A stretch of 54,850 nucleotides of DNA. Source: Verrucomicrobiales bacterium (GTDB taxonomy: Bacteria; Verrucomicrobiota; Verrucomicrobiia; Limisphaerales; F1-80-MAGS106). Positions 26,832 through 34,402 of the stretch are shown here, in pieces. Below the pieces are notes generated by a model, which did no database searches, was not told the origin of the DNA, and saw only the letters and a list, made by a program, of their open reading frames with translations. Every line of letters starts with the position of its first letter. Position 1 is the stretch's first letter. The position numbers and the translations under genes are program-made. The DNA lies in the NCBI GenBank assembly GCA_005805305.1, contig SYMW01000029.1:1-54850 (forward strand), in the 5' to 3' direction.

Positions 26832-28640
26832 TTGACCGCCGCGGAGCCATTCAGCCAAGCTCATTCCCAGGTCGATCCCGATTCCGGACGGACATTGACA
26901 TTGAAGCTGTCGGCGCAAAAGGGGTATCTGCCAGGGATCCCCGTGTTGGTCCGAGTGGAGGCGCGCCAAAGCGATGGCGCTCGGGAGCGAACCCTGTGGA
27001 ACGCCGAAGCGACGCTCGCAGCCGACCAACCTGGCATCGTTCTTTCCACCAACCTCATCGTTCTGATGAACGGGTTGGGCAGTGCGTTGGTGGTTTTCAC
27101 AGGAGGAGTCGATTTCGAACTGAGCGCGACGGTGGGCTCGCTGCGGGCCACCCGCGAGCTCGTCAGCCTCGCGCAGGCGCCGCAAGCTTCGGTCGGTGGA
27201 GTCTTGACTGGCAGCGCCACGACCTGGTCCGGGGTCGTTCGGATCAAGAACGATGTGACGGTGCCAGCCGGCCATGAATTGAATATCGCGCCAAACAGCC
27301 TGCTCCTCATGGACGGAGCGCCCGCAGGAACGGCGGGCGCGAGTTTGATCGTTGAAGGCTCGCTCCAATCCCTCGGCACGGAGGCCGAACCGGTCACGAT
27401 CACTTGCGCCGAAACCGGCCTGCGCTGGGGGCAGATTCGGCATCAAAGCCAGCAACTGTCCAGCGCTCCGCGGTCGCGTTACTCCCACACCTCGATCACG
27501 CGAGCGGGCCGCGCCCGGGGCGAGGGCCATACCGGCACGGCGCCCGCCATCAGGGCCACTTCCGCAAAACTCAGCTTCATTTCCTGCAGCTTCACCGACC
27601 TCGCGGAAACGGCCCGCACGTCAGAGGAATTCGGGTTGCCCGGAAAGGTGATGATGGCGAGGGATTCGGAGTTGGTGTTTGAAGACTGTTTGATGGCCCG
27701 CGCCCGCATGGGGCCCGAGGTCGCCGGCACCTCGGTTCTCTGCTCCAATTCGTGGATCCTCGATATGAGGGGGCCGGATGACGCGGACGGCTTTTATGTG
27801 CATGATCAATCCCCAGGCCAAGTTGTCCGTTTTGCTCACTGTGTCATCGCCCAAGGGGATGACGATGGCATCGACACCCTCGGATCCGTGGTCTCGATCG
27901 AGCAATGCATCGTCCGGGATTGGGCGAACCGGCTCGAGGACGCGAAAGGAGTTAGTGTCTTCAACGGCGCCACGCACATCCGCCGCTCTTTGATCGTGAA
28001 CTGCACGGTGGGCGTGGGCGCCAAGTGGAGCACGGGCCCCACGGCATCGGTGGCCATCGACCACAGCACCGTCATCGGACTCGCCAATGCCGTGTGGGCC
28101 AATCGCAAGTCAAACGCTCCAGGGCCATACGTGCGTTTTGATGTCAGCAACTCCTTGCTGCGAGGGCAGGAGGCGGTCTTGAGCGATTTTTCCCGAACGA
28201 ACTTCACGATTCGATTCTGCAACACGAGCCAGTCGTGGGAGGGCCAAGGCAACCAAAGCAGCGACCCTCTGTTTCAAAACGAAGCAGGCGGCGACTATCG
28301 CCTCAAGCCGTTTTCCCCTTGCATCGACACGGCGGATGCGCTGAGCGAACGCGACCCCGATGGCAGTCCGGCGGACATTGGATACTTTGTCTTCACCCCT
28401 CCCTCTCCCCGTCTGGAGCGTTTGTCGAACAGCGCAGGCAACACATTCCAATTCAGCCTTGATGCGTACACCAACCGAAACTATGCGATCGAAGCTTCCA
28501 CCGACCTGATTTCGTGGGAACTCCTGAAGACGGTGTGGCAGTTCGAGCGGTCTGCCGACTTTCAGGACAAAACCGCTGCCAACGCCCCTCGTCGTTTTTA
28601 CCGAGCGAGGCTTGGCCAGAACTCACATAGGCCGTTGTGA
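26832..28640 (+). CDS. secreted right-handed beta-helix (pectin-lyase-fold-like) protein
   Basis: Repetitive beta-helix-like segments (IEQCIVRDW, SLIVNCTVGVGA, HSTVIGLANAVWA) and a C-terminal beta-sandwich ending RRFYRARL. The real start is probably upstream (see finding at 26766). Confidence 0.7.
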   Translation: MTAAEPFSQAHSQVDPDSGRTLTLKLSAQKGYLPGIPVLVRVEARQSDGARERTLWNAEATLAADQPGIVLSTNLIVLMNGLGSALVVFTGGVDFELSATVGSLRATRELVSLAQAPQASVGGVLTGSATTWSGVVRIKNDVTVPAGHELNIAPNSLLLMDGAPAGTAGASLIVEGSLQSLGTEAEPVTITCAETGLRWGQIRHQSQQLSSAPRSRYSHTSITRAGRARGEGHTGTAPAIRATSAKLSFISCSFTDLAETARTSEEFGLPGKVMMARDSELVFEDCLMARARMGPEVAGTSVLCSNSWILDMRGPDDADGFYVHDQSPGQVVRFAHCVIAQGDDDGIDTLGSVVSIEQCIVRDWANRLEDAKGVSVFNGATHIRRSLIVNCTVGVGAKWSTGPTASVAIDHSTVIGLANAVWANRKSNAPGPYVRFDVSNSLLRGQEAVLSDFSRTNFTIRFCNTSQSWEGQGNQSSDPLFQNEAGGDYRLKPFSPCIDTADALSERDPDGSPADIGYFVFTPPSPRLERLSNSAGNTFQFSLDAYTNRNYAIEASTDLISWELLKTVWQFERSADFQDKTAANAPRRFYRARLGQNSHRPL

Positions 28641-28652
28641 AAAAAAACTGTT

Positions 28653-28979
28653 TTGCCTCAGTGGGGTTACGGACATACGGCCCATGTGTTGCATGGCCAA
28701 AAGGCGGATGATGCTACGCGCCTGCTGCCGCGGATACATCAGGTGGCTGCCTTGTTGAAGCGATGGCTGTTGGGAACGCATCAGGGGGCGGTTCGGGCCG
28801 ACCACTTGGATTATTACCTCGACGAATTCACCTTCCGGTTCAATCGCCGAAAATCCGCGTCACGTGGTAAACTATTCTATCGACTGGTGCAGCAGGCGGT
28901 CGCGGTTTCGCCGGTCCCTTGCAAGGAACTTCGCGGCGGCAAACCCCACCCATTGGGGCAGGTTGAGTCCATTGGATAG
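28653..28979 (+). pseudogene. IS1595-family (ISXO2-like) transposase, C-terminal remnant
   Basis: LLPRIHQVAALLKRWLLGTHQGAVRADHLDYYLDEFTFRFNRRKSASRGKLFYRLVQQAV is the conserved C-terminal ~100 aa of ISXO2-like DDE transposases. The N-terminal ~2/3 (zinc ribbon + DDE core) is absent. Confidence 0.75.
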
Positions 28980-29068
28980 CCCGGTAAGGTTTAAGGATCA
29001 ATCGCTTTGTGCGCACGGGATGAATCTGGCTCTCACCCCTGCCGTGGCGGCAGCTCGGCAAAGAGACA

Positions 29069-30499
29069 TCAGACGATCTGGGAGATGACATCGCCTTTGA
29101 GCAAAGTGAGGCGCTCGTCGCGCCCTCCGTAGGGGTAAGTCAACTCGTCGTCTTCGAATCCGAGCTGATGCAAGAGCGTCGTGTGGATGTCCCGGAAATG
29201 TCGCGGCTCACGAACGGCGCGCAAACCAATATCGTCCGTCGCTCCCACGACCTGGCCTCCCTTGATCCCGCCACCGGCGAGCCACATGGTGAAACCGAGG
29301 TTGTGATGGTCCCGCCCCTTGCCTCCTTCCGCTTCAGGTGAACGCCCGAACTCGCCGCCCCAGAGCACCAGCGTGGAATCCAGCAGACCGCGCCTCTTTA
29401 AGTCACGAAGCAGTCCGGCGATGGGTTTGTCCGTCTCCACGGCCATGCGAAGGTGGTTCTCTTCGATATCGCCGTGAGCGTCCCATTGCTTGTTGCCCGG
29501 GCCTCCGCCCGAAACGACGCAGATGAATCGGACTCCCGTCTCAACGAGCCGGCGAGCCAGCAAACAGCGTCGTCCGTAATCGTCGGTTGGCTCCTTGCCA
29601 ACCCCATACAGATCCAACGTCTCCAGGCTCTCTCGCGACAAATCGAAGACCGAAGGGGCCTCCATTTGCATCTTGAAAGCGAGGTCGTAGGTGTTGATTC
29701 GGGCCGAAAACTCGTCGTCCTGTGGCGCGGGATTTGCCTCGTTCAGCCCGCGGATCAGCCGAATCGTCTCACGGCGTTGAGCCATCGAGACGCCGGGTGG
29801 CAAGTCCAGGTTCAGCACGGGACGCTGGCCGGGTCGAAACATGGTGGGCTGGTGGGCGGCGGGGAGAAATCCATTGGAATACATCGGCTGTCCTCCCTCA
29901 AGCGCCCCGTCTGGATCCGGCATCACCACGTAGCCGGGCATCGAATCGCTTTCCGAACCAAGGCCGTAGGTAACCCATGAGCCCATGCTTGGGAACCCGG
30001 GAACGATGCGGCCTGTGAACAACTCGTATTGCGCGGCCGAGTGCACGACGCGGTCGCCGTGGCATGAACGAATGACGGCCAAATCGTCCACGCATTGGGC
30101 GGTATGGGGAAAAAGATCGGACACCTCGATGCCGGAGCGCCCATAATTTCTAAACGTCCGGCGAGTGCCCAACAGTTTCGCGTCTTTCTTGACAAACTGA
30201 TAGAGCGCCTCGCCGAACTCTTTGGGCCGGGGCTGGCCATTGAGTTTGGTCAGCAGAGGCTTGGGGTCGAACGTTTCGATGTGGCTCGGCCCGCCCGCCA
30301 TGAAAAGGAAAATCACGGACTTCGCTTTCGCGGCGCGGGGAGGCTGTTTTGGCGACATCGGATTGCTGGCCGCCGCGCGCGCTCTGTCCTGTCTCAAAAG
30401 GCACGCCAAGGCGATCGAGCCGAAGCCGCAGAAGCCGTCGCTGATGAACTCACGGCGCGTGCGAAGGGGCCGAGAATGCCTCAGTCCATCATTCCACAT
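29069..30499 (-). CDS. DUF1501 domain-containing protein (sulfatase-like fold, Tat signal)
   Basis: Twin-arginine motif TRREFI. FLFMAGGPSHIETFDPKP, GRDHHNLGFTMWLAGGGIKGG and a C-terminal RLT...G.V. Overlaps the upstream DUF1553 gene by 11 nt. Confidence 0.9.
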   Translation of the reverse strand: MWNDGLRHSRPLRTRREFISDGFCGFGSIALACLLRQDRARAAASNPMSPKQPPRAAKAKSVIFLFMAGGPSHIETFDPKPLLTKLNGQPRPKEFGEALYQFVKKDAKLLGTRRTFRNYGRSGIEVSDLFPHTAQCVDDLAVIRSCHGDRVVHSAAQYELFTGRIVPGFPSMGSWVTYGLGSESDSMPGYVVMPDPDGALEGGQPMYSNGFLPAAHQPTMFRPGQRPVLNLDLPPGVSMAQRRETIRLIRGLNEANPAPQDDEFSARINTYDLAFKMQMEAPSVFDLSRESLETLDLYGVGKEPTDDYGRRCLLARRLVETGVRFICVVSGGGPGNKQWDAHGDIEENHLRMAVETDKPIAGLLRDLKRRGLLDSTLVLWGGEFGRSPEAEGGKGRDHHNLGFTMWLAGGGIKGGQVVGATDDIGLRAVREPRHFRDIHTTLLHQLGFEDDELTYPYGGRDERLTLLKGDVISQIV

Positions 30500-32465
30500 A
30501 GAGAAACGAGTTAAGGTTGAAGAGAGCCAGCGCGAATTCCTTTGGCGGGGAACGCCTCAAGAATTCGAGCGCCAGAGTTTGCTCTGCGGTCGTGGGGGCG
30601 CGGCCCGCCACCAGGAGGTAGGCACGGTGGATTTGGCCGCGCGGGTTGTCACCGCTCTCGCGCCGCAGCCGGTCGGCGAAAGCCGCGGCGAGTTCATTCG
30701 AGATGCGCCCGTTCAACATCTCAAGCGCCTGAGGGGCATGGGTGCTGGACTCGCGTCTCGGACAACTGGCTTGGAGCAGGGGCTGGTCGAAAACCTGAAA
30801 GAAAGGAAGCGGCAGATTGCGCTTGGCGATGAGGTAGATGGAGCGCCGAAAATGCTGGCTCGGATCGTCTGTGACATGCCATTGAGACGGTTTGTAAAGC
30901 TGGCCGACCAAATCCTGCTCGACCGGCAGCATCACGCTCTCGCCACCGCCTTGGGGATTCAGAACGCCCGCCACGGCGAGCATCGCATCGCGCAACTCCT
31001 CGGCCGCGAGCCGGCGCCGGTTGAAATGCCATAACAATCGGTTGTCAGGATCGGCCGCTTTTCCTTTCGCCATTGAAACCCGAGGATTCAACACCGCCTG
31101 CCGATAACACGCGCTGGTCACCAGGAGTCGGTGCAAGGATTTCAAGCTCCATTGACGGCCCAAGAGCTCGCTCGCCAGGTAATCGAGCAGTTCGGGATGG
31201 CTTGGGCGGTCTCCATTCGCGCCAAAATCGTTGGGAGTCCTCACGAGGCCAGCGCCAAAATGCTGCTGCCAGATTCGGTTCACGATCACCCGCGAGGTGA
31301 GGGGGTTGCTGGAATCCGTCAGCCACCGCGCGAGTATCGTTCTCGGATTGGGGGTCTCCGGCGGCAACTCCGCCGCGCCCGAGGGCCAGAGAACACTCAC
31401 TCCTTTCAAACCCACCTGTTCCTCCTTGCGGTCGGGATCGCCTCTTTTGAGCACATGGACCGGCGTGACTTGAGCCAGGTCGTTCCGGATGCTAGCGAGG
31501 GACGGCAGTGGTTTTGGGAGGCTCTCCTCGGTCTTCCTGATCTGTTCGCGCAAACGCGCCTCAGCCTCCCCGGAAGTGCCTTTGAGGGATTCCTTGAGAC
31601 GGGCGATTTCCTCATTTAAAGCGTCCGTGCGCGTCTTCCATGCCGCGTGCTCGGCGGGGCTCACGCGCGGGATATCATTCTCTTGGGTCGCCGCCAGGAA
31701 CGCCTGGAGTTGATAATAATCCTTCTGCGAAACAGGGTCGAACTTGTGGTCGTGGCAGCGGGCGCAGCCGACCGTCAAACCGAGGAATGCGGCGCCGATC
31801 ATATCCGTTCGCTCGGTCAAAACTTCGTTCCGGCTCGCGGAGACTTCTTGATTGCCGGCGTTGCGACGCACCGGGCCGAGGCGATGAAATCCCGCGGCGA
31901 CCTGCATCGTGGGATCATGGGGCGCGAGTTCATCCCCCGCCAACTGCGCCGTGAGAAAGTGATCAAACGGGGTGTCGGAGCGAACGCTTTCGACGACGAA
32001 ATCCCGAAATCGCCACGCGCCGGGCACCGCTCGATCATACTCGAAGCCCTCGGTTTCGGCGAAACGCACGACATCGAGCCAGTGCTGACCCCACTTTTCT
32101 CCGTGGGCCGGACTGGCCAGCAATCGGTCCACTAATTTCTCGTAAGCGTCCGGGCTGGCGTCGGCGAGAAAGCCCGCGACTTCCCCGGGTGTTGGAGGGA
32201 GTCCCGTGAGATCAAAAGTCACTCGGCGGATCAAGTCTTGGCGGGAGGCGGGGGGGGCGGGCTCCAACCCGGCGGCTTCGATCCTGGCGAGAATGAAGTG
32301 GTCCACGGGGGATTTTGTCCACAAAGGGTTCACGACCGCAGGTGGTGAGAATGGCTTAACCGGTTGAAAGGACCAAAACGCCCGCTCCTTCGCGCCGATT
32401 GTTCCGCCATGGAGTTGCGCGACTGTCGAAAGCGTGGCGAGCAGAACAATCACCCATGCCCGCAT
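30489..32465 (-). CDS. DUF1549 (PSCyt2) / DUF1553 (PSD1) protein, no N-terminal cytochrome domain
   Basis: SPVDHFILARIEAAGLEPAPPASRQDLIRRVTFDLTGLPPTP, internal CARCHDHKFDP, LTSRVIVNRIWQQHFGAGLV...HPELLDWLA. Start taken at MRAWVIVLLATLSTVAQLHG (32465); ATG 32561 is also possible. Confidence 0.88.
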   Translation of the reverse strand: MRAWVIVLLATLSTVAQLHGGTIGAKERAFWSFQPVKPFSPPAVVNPLWTKSPVDHFILARIEAAGLEPAPPASRQDLIRRVTFDLTGLPPTPGEVAGFLADASPDAYEKLVDRLLASPAHGEKWGQHWLDVVRFAETEGFEYDRAVPGAWRFRDFVVESVRSDTPFDHFLTAQLAGDELAPHDPTMQVAAGFHRLGPVRRNAGNQEVSASRNEVLTERTDMIGAAFLGLTVGCARCHDHKFDPVSQKDYYQLQAFLAATQENDIPRVSPAEHAAWKTRTDALNEEIARLKESLKGTSGEAEARLREQIRKTEESLPKPLPSLASIRNDLAQVTPVHVLKRGDPDRKEEQVGLKGVSVLWPSGAAELPPETPNPRTILARWLTDSSNPLTSRVIVNRIWQQHFGAGLVRTPNDFGANGDRPSHPELLDYLASELLGRQWSLKSLHRLLVTSACYRQAVLNPRVSMAKGKAADPDNRLLWHFNRRRLAAEELRDAMLAVAGVLNPQGGGESVMLPVEQDLVGQLYKPSQWHVTDDPSQHFRRSIYLIAKRNLPLPFFQVFDQPLLQASCPRRESSTHAPQALEMLNGRISNELAAAFADRLRRESGDNPRGQIHRAYLLVAGRAPTTAEQTLALEFLRRSPPKEFALALFNLNSFLYVE

Positions 32466-32668
32466 GCAACGAACGCCCGGCAGTTCGGGGTGCGCGGACA
32501 GGGCGTCTTTTAAACGGAGGTGATCGAGCTGGTTGTTGCTGGGTGTTTTGATTCTATTCATTCTCGCACACTTCCAGAGACTGCGACAACGAGAAAACGG
32601 TGTGGGCAGCTCCCAGCCGCAGGCCCGAGTTGCGCACCGCGACTTTGGTGAGGGTCTTGTTTGCTTCA

Positions 32669-32802
32669 CATGAACCGAATTCCTGGGAGCGCGGCCATCC
32701 CGGCCGTAGCAGCTTCGCGGCACGGCAAGCAGGTTCACGATTCTACCTTCCTGGAATTGCAAACATGCTGTGGCCAGGCTGGCCGCGCTCCCAGGTTCAT
32801 GG
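32669..32802. repeat. ~134-bp imperfect palindromic element bounded by CATGAACC...GGTTCATGG (left flank of island)
   Basis: The left arm catgaaccgaattcctgggagcgcggcc (32669-32696) is the near reverse complement of the right arm ggccgcgctcccaggttcatgg (32781-32802). Confidence 0.7.
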
Positions 32803-32952
32803 CCTCGATTCAGGAGTTCAGACCACGTTTATTTGATTTTGGTTCGGCCACCAAGTGACACAAACAATCCCGCGTTTGGGGTGCGGTTGGTGTGGTTTTT
32901 CGTTCGGATTTCGGATTTGGACAGGACTTCCGTTCTGTTCTATCCTGCCTCC

Positions 32953-33747
32953 ATGAAAAGTCCGTTTCCTGGGATGGACCCTTACTTGGAAGCCCGATGG
33001 AGCGACGTGCATCAAGGCCTTATCACGTACGCCCGGGATTCACTGCAGCCAAACTTGCCTTCCGACCTGCGCGCCCGCATCGAGGAACGCGTATTCGTCG
33101 AAACCGAAACGGAGCAAATCCGCGGGATCGTTCCTGACCTTCATGTGGCCCCGTATCAACCGAAACAGGCCATCCATTCCACGCTCCATGAGGCGGGTGA
33201 GGTTGTGGTCGCTGAGCCGATGGTTTTTCTCCTGGAAGACGAGGCCGTGACGGAAGGCTACATCGAAATCCGCGAACGCGGTGGCGGCAGGGTCGTTACG
33301 GTCATTGAGTTTCTCAGCCCAGCCAACAAAGCTGGCGGCGAAGGCCGCAAGCATTACCTTCAGAAACAGCGCGAAATCTTGAAATCGAACACGAATTTGG
33401 TCGAGATCGACCTCCTGCGCTCGGGACAACGGGTCATAGCATTCCCTGAACACCGAATCCCGTCGAGGCATCGCGGCGATTACCTGGTGTGTGTGCGTTG
33501 CGCCTGGTCTGAGCGCGCCCGCGAGCTTTACGCCCTGCCCCTGCGCGACCGGCTGCCCGCCATCCCGGTTCCGTTGCGTGGGACTGATCGTCCCATCCTG
33601 CTCGATCTGCAGGCGTTGATGGACCAATGCTACCGCAACGGCCGCTACGATGACATCGATTATGCCCAGCCGCCCTCTCCTCCGCTCACGGCGGGACACG
33701 CGGAATGGGCCGACGCGTTGCTGAAGGCTGCTGGGAAACGCCCGTGA
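32953..33747 (+). CDS. DUF4058 domain-containing protein (Uma2-like PD-(D/E)xK nuclease-fold impression)
   Basis: Starts MKSPFPGMDPYLEARWSDVHQGLI (DUF4058 N-terminal signature). Has VPDLHV ... VVTVIEFLSPANK ... LVEIDLLR, resembling the PD...E-x-L-S-P-x-N-K arrangement of Uma2-type endonucleases. Confidence 0.8.
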   Translation: MKSPFPGMDPYLEARWSDVHQGLITYARDSLQPNLPSDLRARIEERVFVETETEQIRGIVPDLHVAPYQPKQAIHSTLHEAGEVVVAEPMVFLLEDEAVTEGYIEIRERGGGRVVTVIEFLSPANKAGGEGRKHYLQKQREILKSNTNLVEIDLLRSGQRVIAFPEHRIPSRHRGDYLVCVRCAWSERARELYALPLRDRLPAIPVPLRGTDRPILLDLQALMDQCYRNGRYDDIDYAQPPSPPLTAGHAEWADALLKAAGKRP

Positions 33748-33851
33748 CGCGTGTGGTGTGGCCGGGTAACGGGTAAGGAGCTGGTCCCGTGTCCAATCGA
33801 GTGCTCGGCTTTGCTGCTAACACATGCCGGCTTCAGCGTCATGCTGCGTTC

Positions 33852-34019
33852 ATGAAAAGTCTGTTCCCCGGAATGGATCTTTATTTGGAGACGCATTGGG
33901 AAGACGTGTATCGGAGGTTCCTCGTTGACGCCGTGTCGCTGAAGCAACGGATGTCCGTCCTGCCGGTTCCGCTCCGCCGGCCCGAAGCCTCGGCGACGCT
34001 CGACCTCCATGCGCTGGTT
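33852..34019 (+). pseudogene. DUF4058 remnant (internally deleted second copy)
   Basis: MKSLFPGMDLYLETHWEDVYRRF matches the N-terminus of the intact copy. LPVPLRRPEASATLDLHAL matches IPVPLRGTDRPILLDLQAL near its C-terminus. The ~200 codons in between are missing. Confidence 0.6.
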
Positions 34020-34072
34020 TCCTCTGACCACAAAAGGATTTGTTTGTTTGAAATGGCGGCGGTTTTGCTATC

Positions 34073-34402
34073 ATGCGGGTGGACATGAAGCCTGTTTACG
34101 AAGGCAACCCGAAGCACAAAGCGCCCTGGCAGCCGGGGCGCAAGGGATCGCTCTGCCCAACGGATGTCAGCATCGAGCGTGCGCGGGAGCTTCTCCAGTC
34201 GAGCGTCGAAGAGGGGAAGATGCGGTTTGCCGCCGACAAAGGCCGGGCCTTCTGCGCTCGCATCCATGACACGGCCAAGAACCGGTGGCACGGGTATCCT
34301 GTAGCATGGAAGGAAGTGCCGATCTCGGTTCGCACCCGGTTGTTGAAAACTGGCGCGGTAGTGCCCCACGAAATCAAGCGGTATTGGGAGGGAGCGCAGT
34401 GA
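34073..34402 (+). CDS. small basic hypothetical protein (WHGYPV motif), partner of the ImmA/IrrE-domain protein
   Basis: 109 aa (105 aa from ATG 34085, MKPVYEGNPKHK...). Protein-like composition. The stop overlaps the GTG start of the next gene (GTGA). No family recognised with confidence. Confidence 0.6.
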   Translation: MRVDMKPVYEGNPKHKAPWQPGRKGSLCPTDVSIERARELLQSSVEEGKMRFAADKGRAFCARIHDTAKNRWHGYPVAWKEVPISVRTRLLKTGAVVPHEIKRYWEGAQ

